Below are positions 10,900 through 23,149 of a stretch of DNA of 35,343 bases, one piece after another. The notes below the pieces were generated by a model. The model worked only from the letters and a program-made list of their open reading frames with translations. It was not told where the DNA came from and did not search any database. This DNA comes from Octopus bimaculoides (taxonomy: Eukaryota). A program made the translations under genes and the position numbers. The DNA lies in assembly GCF_001194135.2 (NCBI RefSeq), contig NC_068983.1:2110538-2145880 (forward strand). Direction: 5' to 3'. Every line of letters begins with the position of its first letter. The stretch's first letter is position 1.

Positions 10900-12437
10900 T
10901 TATGAAAATATAACTAAGGCCGCTAAAAGTAGAAGTGAAATGTCTACAAACCACTCTAGATTTGTTCTCTTTTTAACAAAACGCTGAATGCCCCGGTACT
11001 TTTTAGCCTTAAGCTGTTTCTGATGAGTTCTCATGAAGTTTAACCGATCTTGTTCTATCTTTGCATATTGATCTTCTGTATATTGTTGCATCAGGCGCCT
11101 ACTTTTCATTATGCCATTGAACTCGTCCTTTATTACCTGACACCGATATGAATAAAAGTCACATTGAGTGATGTTTTTGCTTCGGTCATTGTCTTTCAAG
11201 AACACTTTCCGGTCATCTTCTCCATAGGGAAACAGAAGTACATAATGAAGAGGGTCATAGCTTTTGTGGTTTTTACTAATGCATAATTATATCAATAGCT
11301 TGTTTAAAACTATTGATATGTGGATTGTGCATATTCAGTGCTGTCTTCAAGTCTAGCAGGATGTTCACATTAAGGCCATTGTGAGCTCTTCTGAATGACA
11401 ACCTGTTTCTCATCTCATTTTCTGTGTCAACGAAATATGGCTGTGCGTAGACTGGCTTCCTATTTACTGCTGGTAGGAGAATTCCTATGCGGTGGTACAA
11501 CTTCCCTTGAATCTTGAAATTAGGCATAAAAATGCTACCACTCAGTGGTCCACCTGCTAGATTATCCAGCCCAAGTGAAGCCATAGCCAGTAAATTATTG
11601 TAGTCGCGTATTTTGTTCATAAACATTTGCCGGATAGATTAACACCATAGAACTTTGATATTAATTCTGGGGGCTTTTAGGTCTGTGGAACTTTGTCATT
11701 ATTAATTTTTCCTTTGCCATAGCAGAGGGAAGTTTTCTCAGGACCCCGAAGGTAAGCTTTGCAGTCAGGGGATGTTCTGTTAAAAATATTTCCACAGTAG
11801 TGCAACATAAGACTTGGGTTTCGTTGTTTCTCATGAAAATCTGCCACATCAATTTCTATAGCCATTGTCTCAGTGTCAGTTCTTTGCTGACGAAGTTTCG
11901 ATTGGTATCGTGTCTGTTTGTCTGCATGTCACTGCTGAATTTGTGACAACGATGTGTTTTCCCTAGAACCCTGTTTCCTCAGCTGAACAGTATTTGTCCG
12001 TCCTTCTGTTTCTTGCACAGCTTTTCTGTATTCTCAGCCGATTCGCATTCATCTGTACTTCTGAATCTTCTGGCTTTTCTATTGCACGGGTTTCCTCTCT
12101 CCTCATCCGATCTGCATTTCCCCGTACGTCTGTTTCCTCTGGTGTTCCCGTTGCACGGGTTTCTTGCATTCTCCTTCTCTTTATTTCGAGACACTGCCAA
12201 TAGCTAGTCCCTTGTTTGTTTTCTTCAATTAGCGTCTGTTTTCTTTGTTCTGCGATCTTTTGTGAACGGGAATTTTTTTCGGGACAGGTTGTTGCCCTTT
12301 CTTCTTCTGTGTATAGTGTACTGATGAAAGCGTGAATATTTATAACAATTATATTGTTATGTCTCAAGCTACTGCTATCTAGCACCTTCGGATGATATCT
12401 ACTCAACCGCTATACAACTGCTACTCGACTGCTACTC
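10900..12437 (-). mobile_element. Helitron Rep/helicase N-terminal pseudogene (Helitron_like_N region), internally deleted and 3'-truncated
   Basis: In order on the minus strand: a charged repeat (RRMQETRATGTPEETDVRGNADRMRREETRAIE), a Zn-finger relic (DCKAYLRGPEKTSLCYGKGK), NFKIQGKLYHRIGILLP..YAQPYFVDTENE, HKSYDPLHYVLLFPYGED, FYSYRCQV..RRLMQQYTEDQYAKIEQDRLNFMRTHQKQLK, and a frameshifted FTSTFSG (LPSSFxG-like). Confidence 0.9.
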
Positions 12438-13176
12438 AACACACCTACCACGGCCAGACAACCTCTATTTATGTCTTGGGAGATCTTACTTCTTCGCCTG
12501 GGGGCGTCGACACAACATATACAGAGAATGTTTTCAGCAGATTCAGCTAATATTTGAGCGAATTTCTCCGAATGGGAAGTTTTCATGGTATTTATTGTAA
12601 ATATTTACCTTGGGTATTTATTTTAAATTACACTACTCGCGTTAAACACTATTTTAAAGTGCGAATTTTATATCGTTGAATTGCTCCGAGTGAATTTGAC
12701 CATAAAAATGTCGAAATTTTTGTATTTTGTAAAGTAAATTAGCCGAACCAATTTTCATGGTCTTTTGTGAACGGGAATTTTTTCATGGTCTTTTGTGAAC
12801 GGGAATTTTTTTCGGGACAGGTTGTTGCCCTTTCTTCTTCTGTGTATAGTGTACTGATGAAAGCGTGAATATTTATAACAATTATATTGTTATGTCTCAA
12901 GCTACTGCTATCTAGCACCTTCGGATGATATCTACTCAACCGCTATACAACTGCTACTCGACTNNNNNNNNNNTGAACGGGAATTTTTTCATGGTCTTTT
13001 GTGAACGGGAATTTTTTTCGGGACAGGTTGTTGCCCTTTCTTCTTCTGTGTATAGTGTACTGATGAAAGCGTGAATATTTATAACAATTATATTGTTATG
13101 TCTCAAGCTACTGCTATCTAGCACCTTCGGATGATATCTACTCAACCGCTATACAACTGCTACTCGACTGCTACTC
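12256..13176. repeat. Three copies of a ~180-bp block at the Helitron 5' end
   Basis: The block at 12256-12437 recurs near 12790-12963 and 12995-13176, identical by eye. Copies 2 and 3 flank a 10-N gap. Confidence 0.9.
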
Positions 13177-13384
13177 GCATATAGATGTTGACACTCACCG
13201 GGTACCTACGGTGGTTCCTCGTGCCACGTTTGGTCAGAATCGGTTGAGCGGAAGCAAAGTGGCTTGTCCGTGTTGAATCCCCATACCACTGTTTGGCATT
13301 CGCTGTTAGTATGTAATTATGCCCCGTGCCATAGCAGTTTGGAAAAAGAAACTGATAGATATGTAACAAGTTTTAAAATAAATG

Positions 13385-13476
13385 CGTACTGGCATCGATG
13401 TGTTGAACTTAAATGTTTCAATGTGGTGCTCCAGCATGGCCGCAGTCTGATCACTTGTGCAAGCAAAAGATAAAAG
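13385..13476 (+). mobile_element. SINE 3' tail fragment
   Basis: gtggtgctccagcatggccgcagtc...aagcaaaagataaaaga. Confidence 0.75.
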
Positions 13477-13519
13477 ATTCGCGTCTATACAAGAGGTGTA
13501 TCGGATTTTTAAGAAAGAA

Positions 13520-14310
13520 ACTCTTTCAAGTGCTGTATATTTCTTCTGTTCTCTTCACATCTTAACATCTTTATGAAGCTGCTTGTTCCGAGTGGCATAC
13601 ACTACGTCTGCATATCATCTTCGAGAAGAAGACAATGAGTAATTTCTTCTTCATCTGTGCCTCTTTTTTCATTGCCCGCTTCTCGGAAAGAAGTTTTGAT
13701 TTAGATTCATGAAGATTTGGTAGGACTTCTATTATGGAAAACAGCAGTTTGCACCAACGTCTCCATGCCTTGGAGTTAAAACCTGCATATGTTTCTATTT
13801 TTGTACCTCTCATTTCTTTTGTCCCCACTGTTTTGCTCGAAAGTTCTCTATTTCTTAAAATTTTGGTGGTTACATTTGGGCAGCCAGGGTTGTTTTCCTG
13901 TTATAGTTTATGGTGTGTGGCTTTTTCTGCCTTATCTATTTCACTTCCTACTTGCTATTCCTTTGTTTCTGGAAGCTTGTGTTTGGTCATCGATTAGTTT
14001 GTTTGTTGTTTTTTTTTTGGTCTTTTTTGAGACTTCTCATTTATTTTGATGTCTACAGAGTTGGGGTCAGGGCTAGCATCATCAGTGTTTCGTTCGTTAG
14101 CAGACCTCTAAGTCGTGGCTTCGGCTTTGTTATTTTAAGGGGGTGCCTCTGCTGGACACAGCAGACTTTTCTTTTTCAAATTCTCCATCCTTCTTGCCAT
14201 CCCCTGTGCCATCCTTGCTGCAATCATATTCAAGAATGGCATCCGGGATGTTGATGTGGGGCTTCATGAGGACATAGAAACGCAGGAATTCCAGTTTCTA
14301 TGGAGGTCAT
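13520..14310 (-). mobile_element. Possible highly decayed LINE ORF1-tail / endonuclease start
   Basis: Higher GC than the flanks. Minus frames give low-complexity ORF1-like peptides (RNTDDASPDPNSVDIKINEKSQKRPKKNNK) and TYAGFNSKAWRR..VLPNLHESK, weakly like the APE NxxG..LQETK pattern. Confidence 0.3.
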
Positions 14311-14352
14311 TACCCTTTAGTACTGCCTAACATGAAATTACATGCATATATA

Positions 14353-15070
14353 CGTTGCGTCTCGTATTATTAGGCAAATCAACCTTCTCTCAATAAATAA
14401 ATGTGTATTCGTTCAAACCAGTTGTTTTTCCACTGACTCTGGCAACACCTCGCTGCGCACATTCTGTTAAAATAAATCGGATCTGCACAGAGGGAAATAA
14501 ACGGCGGCCATTATCGTGTAGCAGCAACATTTATGCTGTCCCAGATTATTAAGATGGACGTCAGTTTTCTAGTAAATTTGCCATCTGCGATGTTTTGTAG
14601 ATGCTGCTCAAAGCATGACTTAAGAGGATATCATCACCTTGACAAATTGAATGGATCAGCATGCAAGGAAGGTTATTGCATGTGGAGGACCATACATCAA
14701 ACATTAGGAGCTGTATGACATCATAATCCCATGATTATTTTCATTCGAATGTATTATTCTGTTTGCCATTAAATCATTTATGAATGTTTTTTTTTTTTTG
14801 TTAAACCTTTACTGTTGAATTAAATAAATGTTTGTTCTGACACAATTATCGATTTTATTATACTTTCCTAATAATTTGTGACGGTGAAAACGTTGCCTAA
14901 TCACAAAAAATGCCCACCATTTGTTGGCGTCTGTGCAGATCCGATTTATTTTAAAAGAAAGTGCACAGATAGATGTCGCCAACAGTCAGTATGAAAACAA
15001 CTGGATATGAACGAATATACATTTATTTATTGACAGAAGGTTGATTTGCCTATTAATGTGGGACGCAGTG
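14353..15070 (+). mobile_element. Internally deleted Tc1-like DNA transposon with ~140-bp TIRs
   Basis: 14353-14491 is an imperfect inverted repeat of 14930-15070, with TA on both sides. 14598-14707 encodes QSMT*EDIITLTN*MDQHARKVIACGGPYIKH*, matching the Tc1 C-terminus (I..L..SM..R...VI...GG.TKY). Confidence 0.85.
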
Positions 15071-16931
15071 TATATAATTTCATCTTATGAAGCATTGTTT
15101 TGAGAAGCCAATCTCAGGGAAATTTTTAAATAAACAGCTAAACTCAATTAAAGAGAGTACGTAAACAGACATACTTGCGCATAACACACACACACGCAGT
15201 GATATGTATGTNNNNNNNNNNNNNNNNNNNNNNNNNNNNNNNNNNNNNNNNNNNNNNNNNNNNNNNNNNNNNNNNNNNNNNNNNNNNNNNNNNNNNNNNN
15301 NNNNNNNNNNNNNNNNNNNNNNNNNNNNNNNNNNNNNNNNNNNNNNNNNNNNNNNNNNNNNNNNNNNNNNNNNNNNNNNNNNNNNNNNNNNNNNNNNNNN
15401 NNNNNNNNNNNNNNNNNNNNNNNNNNNNNNNNNNNNNNNNNNNNNNNNNNNNNNNNNNNNNNNNNNNNNNNNNNNNNNNNNNNNNNNNNNNNNNNNNNNN
15501 NNNNNNNNNNNNNNNNNNNNNNNNNNNNNNNNNNNNNNNNNNNNNNNNNNNNTATATATATGTCCGTGTGTCTATGTGTGTGTGTTTGTTTCTGTATGTA
15601 TGTGTATATATCTAAAAATCTGTACGTATATCATCTATTATGCATACATATGTTCATATATATTTCATTCTGCTTGTCTGTTTATAAGTGAATATATCAC
15701 TAAGTGTCAACATCAATGAAATCTAAAATATTTCACTAATGTTCACGCAGACATATTGTCACAGTATTCTAAAAGAAATACGACTTCGATCAACTAGAGC
15801 GATACAAAGGCAGAGATGTACATATAAGTATGTAGAAATCAGAAACATCTCATTGAATTTTAATTATAAAGTATTTTTCCGGAATGTAAGTTATTTATAA
15901 CTCGTCTGAGCGTAAAAAATGTCTTCAGTTTTGATGAGTCTTAATAAATGTTATATAATGCTTTTCTAAATACTAATCCTTTTAAAATCCTTTAATAGAC
16001 TTTAATAACAGAATAGAGCGATTGAAACGTTTCTGATCACACTACAAATATTACATATTCTCCTTTATATTATTTTGTTGGGTTACTGTAAAATATGATT
16101 TGAGAAAATTTCTGTCATGAAACGCAATAAGAATTGCATTCCTGTAAATTATTCCATTTTCTTTTATCTGCGGAATTTATAGGGGCATTGATATATCTGG
16201 TAAGTATAAACATGTAAACATTTTCTTTCTATAAAAAATAAACACAGTATTTGCGGCCTCCTTCTGCACCAATGATATTGTAGTATGAGCTGTATTTGAG
16301 ACACTCACAACATGGCCTGGATTCCTGACTGAGCTGTCTTACACTTTTAAAACACTATAGAGAATGCAGGAAAATTGTAGGCTTCCTTTTGTCTTATATA
16401 GTATCTTATGCCGCGAGATATAGATCCTATATGGTTTTATCGTTTATCATTATAAGACAATTATTTTTAAATAATTCTGTCAAATTTTAAATTTGTATAT
16501 TTGAGAGTGTATGGTAAAAGCAAATTACATTTTACTTTTTATTACCAGGACTAATTATATATCAGGTTAGTAGCTGAATATTCAGAATAACTAATAAAAA
16601 TAGCAATAAATTAATTAATGTAAAATTTATAGATTGCTTTAGACAATAAATTATGTCTTCTCATATCGATAACAAAGGTCAGATTTTCTCCTGAAAATCA
16701 AACATTAGAAAATAATAATAGTTTATTTATAATTAAATTATTTATGAGATTGGTTTCCAATCTTATCACCTTACATTATATTACTCGTCGTACACGACAT
16801 GTTATTTACGAAATTCTACTGTTTTAATTCATTGTGTAGACAGACAATACCATGACATACTTTCGTGGGATGCCTTCTGTTTAACGTCAAATATAAGCGA
16901 TTACTAATTCTTAGGTCAGAATGGATACATA

Positions 16932-17772
16932 CGAGGGGGTACTGAAACAGTTTTATGGGTATCGTGAAAGTCATAGCTGAGACTTTGCAGATCTACTAAA
17001 TTTTGCAGATAAGGGAGCTTTCAGCAAAATGGTGCGGAAACAGCTGAACGTAGATCAGAAGTACATCAGAATGATGACATCAAAGGCCATGTTGGACCGG
17101 TTTGGAACGGGCGAGATTGCTTTTATGACTCGTTTAATCACCATGGATGAAACTTGACCTCATCATTATGTCCACAGACCAAACTGAAATCAATGAAGTG
17201 ATGCCACGGCACTTCATTGCGTTCCAAAAACTTTCGGACCCAGAAGTCAACAGGAAAGATTCTGGTTTCAGTGCTCTGGGAAAAAGACGGAGTACTCCTC
17301 ATTAAATGTCTGCCAAAGGGTGGCACCAACAACGCAGATTACTAGATGTTTCTGTTGGACGAAGTGCGTGACGGTTTGAAGCAGGAAGGCCGTGGAAATC
17401 TGGGCCGGGGTGCTTTTGCAGGACAATGAACCAGCACTCACAGCACATGAAATACTATTGAAAATACATGACTTTATCTTCGAATTGGTAGACCATTCAT
17501 CTTACTCTCCAGATTCGCCCCTCCCCTCCGCCCACGGCTGTCAACTCTTTCTGCCCCTGAAAAACATCTCATGGGAGAAAAAACCACTCCGATTTGAAAG
17601 TGATCGCTGCTACAGACGCCTGGTTGGAGGCCGAAGCTTCCGAGCACTTTTTACAGGGCTTAGAAAAACTGGAGGAGCGCTGCAATAAGTGTGTGAATCT
17701 AAGTTGAGAATATGTTGAGTAAAACTAACTGATCTTCCTGTATTTTACCAGGAAACTTTCAGCATGCCCGCG
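16932..17772 (+). mobile_element. mariner DNA transposon, N-terminally deleted transposase pseudogene
   Basis: TA|CGAGGGGGTACTGAAA ... TTTCAGCATGCCCGCG|TA TIRs. Peptides include KW.RKQLNVDQK, RLITMDET, GKILVSVLWEKDGVLLI, VLLQDNEPALTAH, HSSYSPD and GLEKLEERCNKCVNL..EYVE*. Confidence 0.92.
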
Positions 17773-18964
17773 TACTAGTCATTGCTTCCAAAATGGTCAA
17801 TCAACGTTCTCATCATTAAATATTTTGGTGTTGATCGGAAAATCGCGGTGTTCAAAAACAAAAATTAAGAGGAAGTGTTCAAACATTTTTCTTATCCTTT
17901 AAACTACTCGACAAATAGTCCTTGTGTAATGAGTCTCCGTCCAAACTTGGGAGAAAACTACTTCTAGTTTCGTTGGAAACGTTGTATTTAAAGAAGAACA
18001 CTTAAGGAAGTAGGCTGCAAATATTTTCTACCAAATGTTTAATGCTTTTTATAGTCTATTGAGCTTAAAGATAAGAAACTATTCCATTTACATTGTTTCG
18101 ATTATTGAACAACACACTTAAGATTCAATCGCAGATATATATGATTGTTTTATGACAAAGAAGACCCTTAGTATAAAAAGTATATTTTGTCTTTTGGTCA
18201 AATCACAATTTATTTGTTTTAGTAATGTTTATGAACATTAATATCCCAGAGAAAAGTCAGATTTTGGTCTCAGAGAGGTCGAAATCAGAAACTACAGTTA
18301 TAATATCTCCTAATTATGACAAACGACTATAATTCCGACCGTTCGGAAACACTAATCGTAGTCTGTATCCGAACGAGTCAATGAAATGCTGCAAACTATT
18401 TATCGGTCATTCGTGTCAATTATTTCGTTATTGATTAAGTCTAAATTAGTTTTCTTTCGTCTGTCCTCGCAATGTTTTAAAGGCATCTTAACCACCAAAT
18501 TACAATAAACACTAGCTATAGGAGACATATTTCCTTTTCAGATAGAATTTAGTACCGGATAACGTTAGTTTTTCTTTCTGATTTTTTATAGATATAAAAT
18601 ACTTGGATGTTGTCAGTTTGAATATCATTAAGGAATTTTTCGCAAAGAAATACAGAGAAGGGAAATAAACATTTCTTTTTTTATATGTACGCATATTTGT
18701 CGAAAACAATTCTATTTCTGGTATATTCCATGAAGTTGAATATATCAGTTCTTCGGGTAAAGTCAGTATTCTGGTCTTTAGAATGGTAAGTTTGCTAGAG
18801 TGGGCGAAAGACTGAGAAAGTTTTTCAAGTGTTTGAAGAATACAATTTGTTGAATCTCATAAATAATTTATAGGAAGAAGGAATGTGCCACTGCAATTTT
18901 CAGTTACATTCTCATAACAGAAAGAACGTATTCAACACACGAGAATTCATGGATGTCTGCTTGT

Positions 18965-18990
18965 ATCTGTTTGAGTGTATATAAATATAA

Positions 18991-19029
<39 letters not shown>

Positions 19030-19108
19030 TGTATGTATGTGCGTATATATATGTATATGTATATATGTATATGTATGTATATATATGTATATGTATGTAT
19101 ATATATGT
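18965..19108. repeat. (TA)n/(TATG)n microsatellite into gap
   Basis: Read directly. Confidence 0.9.
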
Positions 19109-20099
19109 NNNNNNNNNNNNNNNNNNNNNNNNNNNNNNNNNNNNNNNNNNNNNNNNNNNNNNNNNNNNNNNNNNNNNNNNNNNNNNNNNNNNNNNNNNNN
19201 NNNNNNNNNNNNNNNNNNNNNNNNNNNNNNNNNNNNNNNNNNNNNNNNNNNNNNNNNNNNNNNNNNNNNNNNNNNNNNNNNNNNNNNNNNNNNNNNNNNN
19301 NNNNNNNNNNNNNNNNNNNNNNNNNNNNNNNNNNNNNNNNNNNNNNNNNNNNNNNNNNNNNNNNNNNNNNNNNNNNNNNNNNNNNNNNNNNNNNNNNNNN
19401 NNNNNNNNNNNNNNNNNNNNNNNNNNNNNNNNNNNNNNNNNNNNNNNNNNNNNNNNNNNNNNNNNNNNNNNNNNNNNNNNNNNNNNNNNNNNNNNNNNNN
19501 NNNNNNNNNNNNNNNNNNNNNNNNNNNNNNNNNNNNNNNNNNNNNNNNNNNNNNNNNNNNNNNNNNNNNNNNNNNNNNNNNNNNNNNNNNNNNNNNNNNN
19601 NNNNNNNNNNNNNNNNNNNNNNNNNNNNNNNNNNNNNNNNNNNNNNNNNNNNNNNNNNNNNNNNNNNNNNNNNNNNNNNNNNNNNNNNNNNNNNNNNNNN
19701 NNNNNNNNNNNNNNNNNNNNNNNNNNNNNNNNNNNNNNNNNNNNNNNNNNNNNNNNNNNNNNNNNNNNNNNNNNNNNNNNNNNNNNNNNNNNNNNNNNNN
19801 NNNNNNNNNNNNNNNNNNNNNNNNNNNNNNNNNNNNNNNNNNNNNNNNNNNNNNNNNNNNNNNNNNNNNNNNNNNNNNNNNNNNNNNNNNNNNNNNNNNN
19901 NNNNNNNNNNNNNNNNNNNNNNNNNNNNNNNNNNNNNNNNNNNNNNNNNNNNNNNNNNNNNNNNNNNNNNNNNNNNNNNNNNNNNNNNNNNNNNNNNNNN
20001 NNNNNNNNNNNNNNNNNNNNNNNNNNNNNNNNNNNNNNNNNNNNNNNNNNNNNCATTATGATGAACACTGCCTTGCCTTCCCTGTTGAGGGACGGTGGT

Positions 20100-20127
20100 G
20101 GAGATAGATAGATAGATAGATAGATAT

Positions 20128-20194
<67 letters not shown>

Positions 20195-20195
20195 T
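20100..20195. repeat. (GATA)n microsatellite
   Basis: More than 20 units. Confidence 0.97.
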
Positions 20196-20659
20196 ACGAA
20201 TTACGTATAAATTCGGCAAATATGACCCGAGCAAGTGTTTGATAAGGTTTCAATCAAATTTCAGTACATGTGGCTTTTTAGAGTATGTAACTACAAATAG
20301 AATCGGAAACATCTATATGGTCGTTAGACCCACTGGAATTAATAGCTACATCTCCTTCAGATCTAGAACCAAATATTTATTCACAGTTATGGTTACATCC
20401 TATGATATACTTGTAGATGAGATAGCCACAATTGAAAAGAAAAGCATTTATCATAGATCTGCGCATTCAGATCGAAGCAATATCGAACACTAAATGATTT
20501 GTGTTGAGATAAATATTTCTAATGGTTGGATGAATACGGAGTTTGGTGGAAATATTGAATCACCATTACTAATTTGATGCTGGTGAAATGAAATGGTGTT
20601 TAATACGAAGTGCATTCACTAATATTCAGCAGACAATTATGCTTCAAGGGGGAAGCTTC

Positions 20660-20805
20660 TTATATTTCATTTTGTCCTCTAGACTGCGGCCATCTTGGAG
20701 CACTTCTATGAAGACTACTTTGTTGAATGAATTGACCCTAGTGCGTGGTGCTACTGAACTCGAGTCGATGTGGTTGGAAAGCAACATCTTACCACACAGC
20801 CATGC
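20660..20805 (-). mobile_element. Deleted SINE family B copy
   Basis: Reverse complement reads gcatggctgtgtggtaagatgttgctttccaaccac...gtgctccaagatggccgcagtc, i.e. the head joined to the tail. Confidence 0.7.
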
Positions 20806-21109
20806 TGCATGCGCCTATAATTGTTTTAGATTTGATTCAGTGCTACCTGAGATGTCATAGTCATAGCCGTTCCAACGCGGACCATTCCATCGTTCGATCT
20901 ATCATGGACTGCATTTTCTTATGCTATTCTTTTTAAGACATTAATCTAAACGAGATTTAGCTGCAATACTTTGCACATAAAATCACCGCCCATTAGGAGG
21001 AGTTTGTAATCTATATAAGGGTACATCAAAGAGCAATTTAACATCGCCGTCAGTCACAGCGATGTCCTAAAAATCTTACCTTAACAGAAAACGTTTTAAT
21101 TGCTAATAA

Positions 21110-21343
21110 GGCGGCGAGCTGGCAGAGTGGTTAGCACGCCAGGTGAAATGTTTATCGCTATTTCATCTGCCGCTACGTTCTGAGTTCAAATTCCACCGAG
21201 GTCGACTTCGCCTTTCATCCTTTCGGGGCCGATTAAATAAGTACCGGTGTCACACTCGGGTCGATATAATCGACTTAATCCGTTTGTCTGTCCTTGTTTG
21301 TCCCCTCTGTGTTGTAGCCCTTTGTGTGCAGTAAAGAAATAAG
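21110..21343 (+). mobile_element. tRNA-derived SINE, family A
   Basis: ggcggcgagctggcagagtggttagc...gagttcaaattccaccgaggtcgac...agtaaagaaataag. Confidence 0.9.
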
Positions 21344-21549
21344 AAAAAGTTTTAATTTCTAACAAGTTTGGGTGAAATGTCATAGGCAAAGAAATTATAA
21401 TAGTAGAAATTTCACGTATATAAAGTTCTTTTTTTTTTAAGCTTCTCTTAGTAGTTTTGTAGGAATAATCTCCTTATACAGAGACATACATGTACATAGC
21501 CATCCATCCAAATGTGTATGTGTAGCTGTGTGTTTGTGTGTGTGTGTGT

Positions 21550-21583
<34 letters not shown>

Positions 21584-22829
21584 ATTGTGTGTATATGCTT
21601 TTATGTATACTATGCATAACAACCATAAAAACTAGTTCCATTTGTAAATGTGTGCACTGGGAGGAATTTGTTCCTTTTCTGTCAATCCAAATATTCCCAG
21701 GTCAATTAAGCCATCCGATGTACACCAGCAGGCATATGATTGTCTCCTTATAAATCTCTATCCGCCGATATTAAACATCCACCAGAATATGCAGAACCCA
21801 CCTCTCCAAAGGAATTTGATGTAAGTATGGCATGTAACCTTTGAAACAAAGGCGATGTGACAATGAAGAACAATAAATCAGCGACTAATATGGTTTGATA
21901 TTTATATATCAGCAGAGTTTTAGTGAATTCGATCGATTTTGGAGTCGCCAGGGTTGAATTGCCTAGTTCGAAGCTTGCGTGTTTATTTCAAAAAATGTTT
22001 TTAATTGTAATAGGTTAGACGTAATTAAATGTGCTGAATACTAAACGTAATACAATATGTGCTGGAATATGCCAATCAATGTGGCCTATATAGTACTCTG
22101 TACATATCTTTATTTGTCTTTAATCTTGTATTCATTATGACTATTGATTCTGGACAAAAAATCTGTCTAAAAGAATATGTTTGCTCACGATGCAATTTAC
22201 AATGCTGATATTTTCCAACTCCACACATGATTCATCTATTCTAGATTGGCGAATTCAATATCTGTAGTAATAGTCCGGCGCTGGCATAGAAGAAGAATCT
22301 GACAATATTTAAATAATGTACTGAAGCCTGAAAATGGATAATGAAGCACATCTGCCTCATTTTCAATAGTTGACGATCTTGTTTCAGTGTCACTCATTGA
22401 ATGGGACAGCAACTCTATTGATTTTTCTGACTATATTTCTGTCCTCATCAAACGTTATATCAATCTAGCATGCAAACACAGAAATATTGCGTTCATTCAT
22501 GCATAAATTATATTTCTTAATGTAAGTCTAGCTATGCAATTACTGAAACCGACATTGGATTATCTTATACAGAACGAAATGGATGCAACTACTCTATGGT
22601 CCAAGTGTGATTGAAACGTTTCCTATTTAGTTATAAACGCCGGTACAAATGGACGAGAGAAAGAAAACGAATCAATAAACATTATTGGATGGCTTATTAG
22701 TTTTTATATATAATCCGACTGAAAACCATGTTTATTATAAATTTAAATAACGACTTAACTTCGTTGGATGGTTCGTATTTGTGCGCTGTTATTATGAGTT
22801 TCAGATTTTGTTACGCAGCCAGCAATTAT

Positions 22830-22932
22830 AGTGGGGTGCAACTAGATTCAATCGACCCCCCCCCCCAATGCTTAAGCGGTATTTATTTTATCGAATCCTA
22901 AATGCTGAAAAATAGAGTCGACAGAATTTGAA
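22830..22932 (-). mobile_element. Degenerate SINE family A fragment
   Basis: atcgacccc...tttattttatcga...gtcgacagaatttgaac, antisense to the family A body. Confidence 0.55.
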
Positions 22933-23149
22933 CACGGCTTTCTAACGATTCTTTTCTACTCTAGGCATAAGGCCCGCAATTTTGGGGAGGCGGGAGCCAA
23001 TCGCTTAGATCGGTCCCAGTACGCAAATGGTACTTAATTTATCGAGCCCGAAAGGATGAAAGGCAATGTGGACCTNNNNNNNNNNTATTTTATCGAATCC
23101 TAAATGCTGAAAAATAGAGTCGACAGAATTTGAACACGGCTTTCTAACG

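Noticed and set aside
12768-13169. 196-bp exact tandem duplication (12768-12963 = 12974-13169)
   Set aside because: It exactly flanks a 10-N gap, the signature of an unmerged contig overlap rather than a biological repeat.
12256-13176. CRISPR-like or repeat-spacer array; also CTGATGA at about 12324 as a hammerhead core
   Set aside because: The repeats are about 180 bp, without regular spacers or cas genes, in a eukaryotic context. CTGATGA is followed by GAAT rather than GAAA and lacks stems.
20588-20936. ORFs 20588-20860 and 20745-20936
   Set aside because: They largely read antisense through a SINE copy.
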